From NCBI GenBank assembly GCA_050740315.1, contig JBOIDC010000001.1, positions 62,546 through 126,545 of the forward strand: a DNA stretch of 64,000 nt, given 5' to 3'. Both the position numbers and the translations under genes were made by a program. The first letter of the stretch is position 1; the number at the start of each line of letters is the position of its first letter. The notes beneath the pieces are model-generated. The model saw nothing but the letters and a program-made list of their open reading frames with translations, searched no databases and had not been told where the DNA came from. The stretch is from Gammaproteobacteria bacterium (GTDB taxonomy: Bacteria > Pseudomonadota > Gammaproteobacteria > JACCYU01). Below are positions 21,674-36,555 of the stretch, piece after piece.

Positions 21674-23592
21674 GAGGCGGGCGCACCGTGTAACGCCTGT
21701 TCGGCGTGTCGGCTGAATTGTGTCGCGGGCATGTAGCCCATCACCCGCCAATGGCGGCGCTCCCGGCCATCTTCGGTAAAAAACAGGATCGCGGGCGGCC
21801 CGAACAGGCCCAGAGATTTGAGCAGCGCGCGGTCGCGCGCGTCGTTGGCGGTGACGTCGGCTTGCAGCAGCACCGTGTCGCGCAGTGCGGTTTGCACGGC
21901 CGTGTCGGTGAACGTGTAGCGCTCCATCTCCTTGCAGGCTACGCACCAGTCGGCGTAGAAATCCAGCATCACCGGCCTGCCAGCCGCCTGTGCGCGGGCG
22001 ACCGCCGCGCGCAGCTCGTGCGGCCCTTCCACCTGCTGAAACTGGAGCCGCTCGCCACCGGCCCCAAGCATGCCCTCGAGCGGCTGAAACACATTGTTCC
22101 CGCCGCCGGCGGCGCCGACCAGGATCAGCGCGCCGTAGATCGACATCGCCAGCCCCAGCCCTTTCCATAAGCGGTACCAGCCGGAGGCGCCGGGACGGAT
22201 GGCATCGAACGCGCCCATGTAGATGGCGGCGACGATGAGCAGCAGCGCCCACAAGCTCATGGTGACCGCGGCTAGCAAAATGCGTTCCAGCAGGAACACG
22301 GCGACGCCCAGCATCAGCACGCCGAAGATCGGATTGATTACTCGCATCCACGGCCCGGCTTTTGGAATCAGCCGGCCCGCCGACGTGCCGATCACCAGCA
22401 GCGGCGCGCCCATGCCCAGCGCGAGCGCGAACAGCGCCATGCCGCCCAGCACCGCGTCGCCGGTATGGGCGATGTATAACAGCGCACCGATCAGCGGCGC
22501 CGTGACGCACGGCCCGACGATCAGCGCGGAGAGCGATCCCATGATGCCCGCGCCGACCAGCGTGCCGCTTCGCTGGCTGCGGCTCGATGTGGCCAGCCGG
22601 CTCTGGACGATGGCCGGCATCTGCAGCCGGTAAAAGCCGAACATCGACAACGCCAGCGCAACGAATACACCGGCGAACAGAGAAATCACCCATGGGTTCT
22701 GAAACCAGGCCTGGACATTTTCGCCCGATAACCCCACGGCCACCCCTGCGATCGCATAAGTGGCCGCCATCGCCAGCACGAACGTCAGCGACAACGCGAA
22801 CGCTGCGCGCGTGTTCGTCTTCTTACCTTGTCCGGTAATGATGCCGGATAAAATCGGGATCATGGGCAGCACGCAGGGCGTGAAGGCGAGCAGCAGCCCG
22901 GCGCCGAAGAAGGCGGCGATATTGAGCCACACGCCGCCGGCTGCGAGCCGGTCGGCGACGCGATTGTGTTCCGATCTTTGTGGCGCTACGGCGCTGGCTA
23001 CCGCAGCGCGGCGCGCGTCCGCCGCGTCATCGGCCTCCATTGAGCTGCCCGTCGCGCCGTCAACCGGGAGTTGCAGGCTCACTTGGCGGGTGATCGGCGG
23101 GTAACAGACGCCGGCCTCCGCGCAGCCCTGATACTGGACGTTCATGGCGACGGTCTGCGCGGCGGCAGATTCGCGCCGCAGCGGCAGCGTGATTTGCAAC
23201 AAATCCTGCGTGTAGATCTGGACCCTGCCGAAGAACTGGTCTACCTTGACCTCGCTCCTGGGCAACCTTATCTTGCCCATGCTGACGCCGTCGCTGTCCC
23301 GCAGCGTGAACCGCATTTTGTCGCGGTAAAGGTAATAGCCGTCGGTGATCCGCCAGGATGCAATCAGGCGGGATGCGTCCTGCGCCGACAAGCTGAATTT
23401 GAACGCCTCGTCCGGCGGCAGGATTTCGGGCCCGTCCGCGTCTCCGAACAGCTTGCCGAGCGCTTCCAGCGGACTGGCGTCGGCCACGGCCGCATAGCGT
23501 TCCGGGCGCGCCGTCTCGCCCCAGGCCGCGGCCGTGGCCAGTCCAAGCGCCACCACGCCCACCGCGGGCAGCCATCTCCAGTGTCGTCGCAT
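21670..23592 (-). CDS. dsbD: Thiol:disulfide interchange protein DsbD
   Basis: Signal peptide, N-terminal domain with 'YQGCAEAGVCYPP', a multi-TM core and a C-terminal 'DFYADWCVACKEME' thioredoxin domain. Confidence 0.93.
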   Translation of the reverse strand: MRRHWRWLPAVGVVALGLATAAAWGETARPERYAAVADASPLEALGKLFGDADGPEILPPDEAFKFSLSAQDASRLIASWRITDGYYLYRDKMRFTLRDSDGVSMGKIRLPRSEVKVDQFFGRVQIYTQDLLQITLPLRRESAAAQTVAMNVQYQGCAEAGVCYPPITRQVSLQLPVDGATGSSMEADDAADARRAAVASAVAPQRSEHNRVADRLAAGGVWLNIAAFFGAGLLLAFTPCVLPMIPILSGIITGQGKKTNTRAAFALSLTFVLAMAATYAIAGVAVGLSGENVQAWFQNPWVISLFAGVFVALALSMFGFYRLQMPAIVQSRLATSSRSQRSGTLVGAGIMGSLSALIVGPCVTAPLIGALLYIAHTGDAVLGGMALFALALGMGAPLLVIGTSAGRLIPKAGPWMRVINPIFGVLMLGVAVFLLERILLAAVTMSLWALLLIVAAIYMGAFDAIRPGASGWYRLWKGLGLAMSIYGALILVGAAGGGNNVFQPLEGMLGAGGERLQFQQVEGPHELRAAVARAQAAGRPVMLDFYADWCVACKEMERYTFTDTAVQTALRDTVLLQADVTANDARDRALLKSLGLFGPPAILFFTEDGRERRHWRVMGYMPATQFSRHAEQALHGAPAS

Positions 23593-23597
23593 GTGGG

Positions 23598-23918
23598 TCA
23601 AGCGGTTGTCTGCGCGGCTATCCATTCGAGATATTCCCCAAGCCCCCGCGCGATTGGAGTGGCAATAATTTCCGGAAGTTCATACGGGTGCGCGCCCGCA
23701 ATCGCGGCCTCCAGCGCCGAATAGCGCGCAGCCTCGGTCTTGACCAGCAGCAGATGCTCGGTATCGGTGCGGGCCTCGCCCCGCCACTCATAGACGGATG
23801 TCATCTGCGGCAAAACATTGACGCAGGCGGCCAGCTTCTGCTGCACGATGAGCTTGGCCGCGCGCAGCGCGGATTCGGCATCGGGATAAGTAACGAAAAC
23901 GATCAGTGCGTCAGGCAT
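23598..23918 (-). CDS. cutA: Divalent-cation tolerance protein CutA
   Basis: 106 aa with '...KLAACVNVLPQMTSVYEWRGE...'. Immediately upstream of dsbD, as in E. coli. Confidence 0.92.
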   Translation of the reverse strand: MPDALIVFVTYPDAESALRAAKLIVQQKLAACVNVLPQMTSVYEWRGEARTDTEHLLLVKTEAARYSALEAAIAGAHPYELPEIIATPIARGLGEYLEWIAAQTTA

Positions 23919-24205
23919 GGTTATGTCTCTGCGGGTAAGCGCGGGCTCTGAACATGATAAGAGTCAGCGGCCGGGCGCGCAAAATCGTTCCAGCAGGATG
24001 TTGAAAAAAGGCCGTCCAGCGTGCTACGCGTCACGCGGCTGTCCTGCTCCGCCAGTGCGCACTATCCGGCGGCGAGGCAACGCCGCGGCGCCCTCTGGAG
24101 TGCTTTTCAATCGCCTCATTAAGAGAAATGAGGATGCCCTGTATTGAATTAGCGCGTACGGACCCCATGTGGGAATGTTCAAGTATTTCATTTGGCCGAA
24201 TCCCC

Positions 24206-24649
24206 ATGCGACCTTTCCCGGTGATAGCGGCGGCGCTGATAGGCATACCGCTGCTGGAGATCTACCTTTTCATCAAGGTGGGCGGCGCCATCGGCGCATT
24301 GCCCACTATCGCGCTGACGGTATTGACCGCGGTCACCGGCGCCTTGCTGGTGCGCGCCCAGGGCCTTGCGACCTTGCGGCGCGCGCAGGCGAGTTTACGG
24401 CGCGACGAGCTGCCGGCGCTTGAATTACTGGAAGCCGCCGCGCTGCTGGTGGGCGGCCTGTTGTTGCTGATTCCGGGGTTTTTTACCGATGCGATGGGTT
24501 TGATGTTGCTGTTGCCGGCCTGCCGCAAGGCCCTGCTCGGCCGCCTGCTGCCGCGTATGCGGATTATCGCCCTGAGCAGCCGGCCAGCGGGCATAACCGA
24601 GACGAGCCGCGTTATCGAAGGTGAATATACCCGCAAACCCGACGAATAG
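24206..24649 (+). CDS. fxsA: FxsA family membrane protein
   Basis: 'LLEIYLFIKVGGAIGALPTIALTVLTAVTGALLVRAQG' and 'IPGFFTDAMGLMLLLP'. Confidence 0.88.
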   Translation: MRPFPVIAAALIGIPLLEIYLFIKVGGAIGALPTIALTVLTAVTGALLVRAQGLATLRRAQASLRRDELPALELLEAAALLVGGLLLLIPGFFTDAMGLMLLLPACRKALLGRLLPRMRIIALSSRPAGITETSRVIEGEYTRKPDE

Positions 24650-24659
24650 TCCGATCTGC

Positions 24660-24687
24660 TTGACAAGCGACCGCCCGCCATTATGAT
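24660..24687 (+). promoter_or_regulatory. Sigma70-type promoter of groESL (TTGACA-16 nt-TATGAT)
   Basis: TTGACA at 24660-24665 and TATGAT at 24682-24687, about 90 nt upstream of groES and abutting the CIRCE element. Confidence 0.65.
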
Positions 24688-24713
24688 TGGCACTCATCGT
24701 GTGCGAGTGCCAA
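24687..24713 (+). promoter_or_regulatory. CIRCE operator (HrcA binding site)
   Basis: Perfect inverted repeat TTGGCACTC-N9-GAGTGCCAA. The consensus is TTAGCACTC-N9-GAGTGCTAA. Confidence 0.9.
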
Positions 24714-24774
24714 CGAACCCCGTGCGCTCGCTCAAACAACCATCCAACAAGCTTTGGTTTAAGGAGCTGTGCCT

Positions 24775-25065
24775 ATGAATATCCGTCCCCTGCATGACCG
24801 GGTTGTGATCAAGCGTATGGAAGAAGAACGGACCAGTCCTGGCGGGATCGTGATTCCCGACAGCGCCGCGGAGAAGCCCATCAAAGGCGAGGTCAAGGCT
24901 GTCGGCAACGGCAAGATTCTCGACAGCGGCGATGTCCGCGCCCTGGACGTGAAGGCCGGCGACAAGGTGCTGTTCGGCAAGTATTCCGGCACCGAGGTCA
25001 AAGTCAACGGCGAAGATCTGCTGGTGATGCGCGAAGACGACATCATGGCGGTCATCGAAGGCTGA
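24775..25065 (+). CDS. groES: Co-chaperonin GroES
   Basis: '[14 protein letters not shown]'. AAGGAG lies 8 nt upstream of the ATG at 24775. Confidence 0.97.
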   Translation: MNIRPLHDRVVIKRMEEERTSPGGIVIPDSAAEKPIKGEVKAVGNGKILDSGDVRALDVKAGDKVLFGKYSGTEVKVNGEDLLVMREDDIMAVIEG

Positions 25066-25129
25066 CCGGCGCCGGTGCGGCATTCCCTGATTGACTGCTC
25101 TCCGATTCAAGAACATAAAGGAACTTTTC

Positions 25130-26785
<1,656 letters not shown>

Positions 26786-26815
26786 TCCGGCCGACCCCGC
26801 AAGTCTTTCAAACTA

Positions 26816-26844
26816 AAGCCCCGCTTATCGCGGGGCTTTTTTTT
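26816..26844 (+). terminator. Rho-independent terminator of groESL
   Basis: 9-bp stem AAGCCCCGC/GCGGGGCTT with loop TTATC, followed by a T-run extending to 26844. Confidence 0.88.
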
Positions 26845-27162
26845 CGCCCGTCGATTGTGCTTGGGTTTGTCCTGACGATCGTGTACAGTGCTAAAAAATG
26901 CCCGCAGTGCAGCAACAATAACATATGCAATCAACTTGTTGCGGTTTCGCGTTTTTACAACTTTGTATACCTGTACGAGTGATGCTTTTAGGGCAGTTGC
27001 TGGCCCGGTAGCGGGTTAGAGTTTTGTTGCGAGCCGGTAGCCGCGCCAGCATGCTGGCAGCGGGATGCGCAGCCACGAGCCGGCCACAGCGCGGGCGGCA
27101 AATGTAGTGGTCGCCGGGGATATGTCAGTTAACATCGAAAACGGCCGCAAGAGCACGAGGCG

Positions 27163-29550
27163 ATGAGACGTCCGGCAGCTATTGTTCAATCCGTCAAATC
27201 CGCGTATCGGCAAGAGCCCTACCGATTCGTGGCGGGATGCGCCGCCGCTGCCGGATTGCTATGCGTGCTGTGGGCAACAGTCGGCAGATCTTGGGGCATG
27301 GCGTTAACAGCGGCGCCGGTTGTGTTTGCGGTGTTCCTGATGGCGCTCTACGCTCACGCCCGTACCGTCAGCCGGACTTCCGAATTGCGTTCCGAAAATC
27401 AGTCGCTGAGCGAGCGCCTGCTCGATGGGGAACGCAGGCTGCAGCAGGAACGGCGCGCGCGCCATGAGATTCAAGACCGGCTCAAGCGCGAGCGCGAGCT
27501 GTTTGTCGATGGTCCCATCGTACTGTTTCGATGCGCCGCCACGGACGGCTGGCCGATCGAGTATATTTCCCCCAACGCGATTCAATTCGGCTTCGATTTT
27601 CATACGCTGATGGAGGAACGCACGCCGCTCCAAGCCATTATCCATCCGGATGATCTGCCGCGTGTGCAGTCCGCGCGCATGAACGAGCAGGGCATGTACG
27701 GCATGCCGTATCTCGAAATCGACTATCGTATCGTCCTGCCGGATCAACGCACGCGGCGGGTTTACGCCTACATACTGGCCGTCAGCAACGGCGATGGCGA
27801 GGTGGCGCACTATGATGGATACCTGCTGGATATCACCAACCTTGAACTCACCGAGCGCGCGACCGCCGGAGAGCGCGCGCAGGCGGTGTTGAACTCGATC
27901 GGCGACGCGGTCATCACCACCGATACCAAGGGACGCGTCGCCTCCATGAATCCCGCCGGCGAACAGCTCACGGGCCTGACCGTTGCGGAATCCACGGGTA
28001 TGCCGCTGGCGCAGGCGTTCCAGGTGCGCGACGAGACCACCGACGAGCCGCTGGAGGACCCGGTGGACGCCTGTCTGCAGGCCGATGCCACCGAGGCGCA
28101 GACCCGCTACGCGATACTGCAACGTCGCGACGGCTGGACGTTTCCCGTGCGCCAGTCGGTCGCGGCGATTCGCGACCGGGGGGGCGAAGCGATCGGCGCC
28201 GCGGTGGTGCTGCACGGCATGAGCGAATCCCGCTCGCTCGCGCGCGAGATCGAGTACCACGCGATTTATGATTCACTGACGGATCTCATCAACCGCCGGG
28301 AGTTTCAGAATCTCCTGATCCAGGCGCTGCGGGTCGCGGTCGACGATAACCAGACGCACGTATGCCTTTATATGGACCTCGATCAGTTCAGGCTTATTAA
28401 CGACACCTGCGGGCATGCGGCGGGCGATCAATTGCTTCGCCAGCTGGCGGGGATCCTCAAGCATGAACTACGCCAGTCCGACTCGGTCGCGCGGCTGGGC
28501 GGGGATGAATTCGGCGTCCTGCTGTGGTGTTGTTCGATACAGCGGGGCGTGGAGATCGCCGAAGCTCTGCGCGCGGCGGTGCGGGCGTTTCATTTTACCT
28601 GGGAAGACAAGATCTTCGAGGTCGGCGTCAGCATCGGCATCGTCCCCATCACCCGCGAGAGCAGCGACGCCGCCAGCATCCTGAGCGACGCCGATGTCGC
28701 GTGTTACGTGGCCAAGGATCTGGGGCGAAATCGCATCCATGTCTACGCGAAAGGCGATGAGGAATCGTCACGCCGCCAGGGGGAGATGCAATGGGTGTCG
28801 CAGATCACCCGCGCGCTGGAGGATAATCGCCTGGTGCTTTACTACCAGGACATCGTGCCGCTGGAGCCCCGCAACGGCCAGAATACGCACATCGAGATTC
28901 TGGTGCGCATGCTCGATGAGAACGGCGACCTGATCATGCCGGACGAGTTTCTGCCGGCGGCGGAGCGCTATAATCTCATGCCGACGCTGGATCGCTGGGT
29001 GGTGCGCAATACCTTTGCCTGGTATACCGAGCACGCAGCGGGCAAGCGCTTGCAGGCGGTCATCAATCTTTCCGGCACGACTTTGAGCGACCCCGGCTTT
29101 CTCGGCTTTATCCATTCGGAATTCAAGAGCAGCAAGATCCCGCCGTCCATGGTGTGTTTCGAGCTCACCGAGACCGCCGCGGTATCGAATCTCGCCACTG
29201 CGTCGCACTTTATCGGCGAGCTGAAGAGCATGGGCTGCCAGTTTTCGCTGGACGATTTCGGCAGCGGTCTGAGTTCGTTCGCCTATCTGAAGTCGTTACC
29301 CGTCGATTATCTCAAGATCGATGGCCGCTTCGTGCGCAATATGGTCGAGGATCCGGTCGACTGCACGATGGTCTCGGCGATCAACGAGGTGGGTCAGGCA
29401 ATGGGGATCGAGACCATCGCCGAATATGCCGAGAGCAACGCCATCCTGCGTGAGCTCAAACGCCTGGCGGTCGATTTCGCGCAAGGCTACGCGATTTCCC
29501 GACCGCAGCCGCTGGGCATTTGGCGGGAAAGGCTGGTGCAGGGCGCATAA
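27163..29550 (+). CDS. Membrane-anchored PAS/PAS-GGDEF-EAL c-di-GMP signalling protein
   Basis: Two N-terminal TM segments and PAS-like regions. GGDEF is intact ('RLGGDEFGVLL'). The EAL domain has 'EILVR' in place of EALxR, plus 'ELTE' and 'DDFGSGLSS'. Confidence 0.9.
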   Translation: MRRPAAIVQSVKSAYRQEPYRFVAGCAAAAGLLCVLWATVGRSWGMALTAAPVVFAVFLMALYAHARTVSRTSELRSENQSLSERLLDGERRLQQERRARHEIQDRLKRERELFVDGPIVLFRCAATDGWPIEYISPNAIQFGFDFHTLMEERTPLQAIIHPDDLPRVQSARMNEQGMYGMPYLEIDYRIVLPDQRTRRVYAYILAVSNGDGEVAHYDGYLLDITNLELTERATAGERAQAVLNSIGDAVITTDTKGRVASMNPAGEQLTGLTVAESTGMPLAQAFQVRDETTDEPLEDPVDACLQADATEAQTRYAILQRRDGWTFPVRQSVAAIRDRGGEAIGAAVVLHGMSESRSLAREIEYHAIYDSLTDLINRREFQNLLIQALRVAVDDNQTHVCLYMDLDQFRLINDTCGHAAGDQLLRQLAGILKHELRQSDSVARLGGDEFGVLLWCCSIQRGVEIAEALRAAVRAFHFTWEDKIFEVGVSIGIVPITRESSDAASILSDADVACYVAKDLGRNRIHVYAKGDEESSRRQGEMQWVSQITRALEDNRLVLYYQDIVPLEPRNGQNTHIEILVRMLDENGDLIMPDEFLPAAERYNLMPTLDRWVVRNTFAWYTEHAAGKRLQAVINLSGTTLSDPGFLGFIHSEFKSSKIPPSMVCFELTETAAVSNLATASHFIGELKSMGCQFSLDDFGSGLSSFAYLKSLPVDYLKIDGRFVRNMVEDPVDCTMVSAINEVGQAMGIETIAEYAESNAILRELKRLAVDFAQGYAISRPQPLGIWRERLVQGA

Positions 29551-29598
29551 GCTGCACGGGTAATGCGTCACGCACCGTCTGTCTTTGTGTATTCGACG

Positions 29599-30183
29599 AT
29601 GCGCATAAATTCTCATACCGGACTGCTGGAGCAGGCGCGCCTGGTGCCCTCGCCCAACGCCGATGACCGGCCGGCGGGCGCCGTGCCGGAACTGATCGTC
29701 GTGCACGGCATCAGCCTGCCGCCGGGCGAGTTCGGCGGCCCGTGGATAGACGCGCTGTTTACGAACCAGCTGGTGGCCGATGTCCATCCCTACTTCGCGG
29801 TGGTCCGCCACCTCAAAGTATCCGCGCATGTCCTGATCCGCCGCGACGGCGAGGTCGTGCAATACGTGCCTTTTCATCGCCGCGCCTGGCACGCGGGCGC
29901 GTCGGTTTATTGCGGACGCGCCCGCTGCAACGATTTTTCCGTCGGCATTGAGCTGGAAGGGGCCGACGATGTGCGCTACGAAGCTGCGCAATACACGCAG
30001 CTGGCGACCTTGATTCGCACCCTGGGCGGCGCGTATCCCACGCTGTCGCCCGCGCGCGTGGTGGGGCACGCAGATATCTCGCCGGGGCGCAAGACCGATC
30101 CCGGCGCCGCATTCGACTGGCCGCGGCTGCGCCGGCTGCTGGGCGCACCGCGCGCTTCATCCAGCCATATGGCCGGCAGTTGA
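29599..30183 (+). CDS. ampD: 1,6-anhydro-N-acetylmuramyl-L-alanine amidase AmpD
   Basis: 'VVHGISLPPGEFGG', 'AWHAGAS', 'NDFSVGIELEG' and 'GHADISPGRKTDPG'. Confidence 0.88.
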   Translation: MRINSHTGLLEQARLVPSPNADDRPAGAVPELIVVHGISLPPGEFGGPWIDALFTNQLVADVHPYFAVVRHLKVSAHVLIRRDGEVVQYVPFHRRAWHAGASVYCGRARCNDFSVGIELEGADDVRYEAAQYTQLATLIRTLGGAYPTLSPARVVGHADISPGRKTDPGAAFDWPRLRRLLGAPRASSSHMAGS

Positions 30184-30257
30184 CGCATGACCCTGCCTGC
30201 ATCGACCAAGAGCGCGTCTAGGTTGAGCGCCGGGGCGACGCGCGGCCCGGGGTTCCC

Positions 30258-31019
30258 ATGAGCCCGTTCGCGCGCACGGCCATCATGGCCGCCAAGGCCG
30301 CGCAGGCCGTGATCGAAAAATACTACCGCGGCGCGTTCGAGGTTAAGTTCAAGGACGATCAAAGCCCGGTGACGATCGCCGATATCGAGGCGGAACAGAT
30401 CATCAAGGGCCTGATTACGGAGGCGTTTCCCGAGCACGGTTTCTACGGCGAAGAAACCGGACGCCTGCGCCCGGACGCGGAATACGTGTGGCTGATCGAT
30501 CCCATCGACGGTACCAAGAGCTTCGTGCGCGGTTATCCGTTCTTTTCCACACAGATCGCGCTGATGCAGGGCGAGCGTCTGGTTCTGGGGGTTTCCAGCG
30601 CACCCATCATGGGCGAGCTGGCCTATGCCGAGCGCGGCGCGGGGGCTTTTCTCAATGATCGGCCGGTGGGCGTCAGTGACGTGGCATCGCTCGAACAGGC
30701 GACCTTAAGCTTCGGCAACATCAAGACACTGGCCGCCGGTACGCACTGGCCGCGGCTGGCGGAGCTCATCCAGCGGGTCAACCGTACGCGCGGCTACGGT
30801 GATTTTCTGCACTATCACATGCTGGCAGCGGGACAGCTCGACGCGGTGGTCGAGTCGGATGTCAATATCCTGGACATCGCGGCGTTGTCAGTCATTGTGG
30901 AAGAGGCGGGCGGCCGGTTCACCGATATTGCCGGCAAACCACCCGGGTTAGCGACCCGCACGGTGTTGGCGGCGAGCACGCCGGCGCTGCACGAGCAGGT
31001 CAGGCTGATGCTGGGGTAG
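30258..31019 (+). CDS. Inositol monophosphatase family protein (possibly histidinol-phosphatase type)
   Basis: IMPase motifs 'FYGEE' and 'WLIDPIDGTKSF'. The specific substrate cannot be read from sequence. Confidence 0.8.
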   Translation: MSPFARTAIMAAKAAQAVIEKYYRGAFEVKFKDDQSPVTIADIEAEQIIKGLITEAFPEHGFYGEETGRLRPDAEYVWLIDPIDGTKSFVRGYPFFSTQIALMQGERLVLGVSSAPIMGELAYAERGAGAFLNDRPVGVSDVASLEQATLSFGNIKTLAAGTHWPRLAELIQRVNRTRGYGDFLHYHMLAAGQLDAVVESDVNILDIAALSVIVEEAGGRFTDIAGKPPGLATRTVLAASTPALHEQVRLMLG

Positions 31020-31040
31020 GCCCGTTTACACAGATTGCGA

Positions 31041-31793
31041 TCATCTGGATCGCGTCGCTGGAATGGTGCCGCCACACGCCTGTTGCGCGTCCAGCCGCCG
31101 CCATCGGCCATTGATTAAACCCTCGATGGGGCGGAAGCGGGTCTTGTAGCTCATCTTGCGGTTGCCGGCGATCCAGTAGCCGAGGTACACGTAGTCCAGG
31201 CCGCGTCTGCGCGTCTCCTCGATCTGCCAGAGTATCGCGTGCGTTCCCAGCCCTCGTCTGGCCTGCTGCGGATCGAAGAATGTATAAACCGCGGACAAGC
31301 CCTCTTTCAGCCGGTCGCATACCGCCACGCTCAGCAGCGCGCCGTTGAACCGGAACTCCACGAACAAGGTGTCGGCCCAGGCGCAGCTGAGAAAATCGAA
31401 ATAAGACTGCGGCGTGGGGTTATCCATCTCGCCGCCGGTATGACGCATCCGCTGATAACGGCGATACAGCGCGAAATGCTCCGACCGATACGCCTGCGGC
31501 AGGATCGCTGCGGTCAAGTCCTGATTGATGCGCCGGTTGCGGCGCTGGCTGCGATCGGGCTCGAAGTGGGCGACCGGAATGCGGGTCGGCACGCATGCGC
31601 TACAGCCCGGACACTGTGGCCGGTACAGATGCGAGCCGCTGCGCCGGAAGCCCTTGTCAACCAGCCGGCCGTAGAGCGTCGTATTCATGCGGGCGCGCGG
31701 ATCGGCAAATACGTTCACCGCCTCGCGCGCCGGCAGATAGGCGCACGGCTCCGGCGGTGTGACGTAGAACAGCAGCGGCAGCGATTGCGTCAT
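31041..31793 (-). CDS. bpt: Arginyl/leucyl-tRNA-protein transferase (Bpt/Ate family)
   Basis: 'CAYLP' N-terminal motif, 'FRRSG...YRPQCPGCSAC' and 'YVYLGYWI'. Confidence 0.88.
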   Translation of the reverse strand: MTQSLPLLFYVTPPEPCAYLPAREAVNVFADPRARMNTTLYGRLVDKGFRRSGSHLYRPQCPGCSACVPTRIPVAHFEPDRSQRRNRRINQDLTAAILPQAYRSEHFALYRRYQRMRHTGGEMDNPTPQSYFDFLSCAWADTLFVEFRFNGALLSVAVCDRLKEGLSAVYTFFDPQQARRGLGTHAILWQIEETRRRGLDYVYLGYWIAGNRKMSYKTRFRPIEGLINGRWRRLDAQQACGGTIPATRSR

Positions 31794-31966
31794 GGCGTGC
31801 AGGCTCACATGTGATCCGGCTCGATGCTTCCAGGGCGTCCGCCCGTTTGTGATAACATACGCGGTTTTCCGGACCCCCTCAATCGCGCGAACGGCTGCGG
31901 TAACATACTTGCCGGCGCCGCATTCACCACCCGACCCCGGCGGGTTTCAGTTTACGGGAATCACAG

Positions 31967-35683
<3,717 letters not shown>

Positions 35684-35737
35684 CGTGAATTAAAGCGCTC
35701 TTCGCCCCGCCAGAGCCCGCCCGGAGAGGACGGAAGT

Positions 35738-36223
35738 CTAGGTCGAAATCGACAGACTTTGTTCCATCACCTCGGTCTGCGCGAGCGCCCGGAACAAGCG
35801 TTCGTCGGCGCTGCGAAGCCGACGGCTGAGTTCCCTGGCAACATTCATCTGAATCAAGGTGAACTGTTCCAGATCCCTGTTGTAGACCTCGAAGAGCGTG
35901 GCCGATGACAGCTCGATCGCGAGACAGTCTTCATCCGCTTGCACGGAGGCGCTGCGGGGAAAGAGATCGATCAGCGCCATCTCGCCAAAGCAGTCGCCTT
36001 GTCGCAAATGCCCCAGGGCGACGCTACGGCCCTTCCAGGTTTTAAAGATAGCGACTGTGCCTTCTTCCAGCACGAACATGGAGCGCGCATCGTCGCCCTC
36101 GTGAAAAAAGAAGTCGCCTATGCAGACGCGAATAACGGGCGCCAGCTGCAGCAGAAAAGTCAATATATCGTTACGCACGCCGCCGAATACCGGCATGTCC
36201 TGCAGCAGTTTAAGCCTGCGCAT
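35738..36223 (-). CDS. Stand-alone cyclic-nucleotide-binding (cNMP/CAP-effector) domain protein
   Basis: 161 aa with 'FFHEGDDARSMFVLEEGTVAIF...GDCFGEMALID'. No DNA-binding HTH follows. Confidence 0.8.
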   Translation of the reverse strand: MRRLKLLQDMPVFGGVRNDILTFLLQLAPVIRVCIGDFFFHEGDDARSMFVLEEGTVAIFKTWKGRSVALGHLRQGDCFGEMALIDLFPRSASVQADEDCLAIELSSATLFEVYNRDLEQFTLIQMNVARELSRRLRSADERLFRALAQTEVMEQSLSIST

Positions 36224-36555
36224 GCCGGCCGGCGCTCACGCCGCGGGAATGGGTTTTGACGCCCGCGTTCAACGGGGCCAGCGCCGGATTCTGCTGGATG
36301 CAGTCGTTGAACGCCGCGCGTGAAACGCTGGCCAGCTTGACGGGTTCCAGGGTCATGATCCTTATCGCAGCGCGCGAATCCAGTGGCAATCATCTGGATT
36401 GTGGGCGACCGCGCCGGTCGGCGCAAGCCGAGGCTAATGTCGCCATGTAAACGGGCTGCCCGCTTGCTTAACATCCGGCTGTGAGAAACCTGCCAAGGCG
36501 TGCGGAGTTCCGATGGGCGAAGGCGGGACGTCCGCGTCTGATCCAATCATTGGTG

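Noticed and set aside
27054-27070. A sigma54-like 'CTGGCAGCGGGATGC' upstream of the GGDEF-EAL gene, and a similar 'TTGGCAGCATCC' upstream of fis.
   Set aside because: The GG-to-GC spacing is one nucleotide short of, or otherwise does not match, TGGCAC-N5-TTGC.
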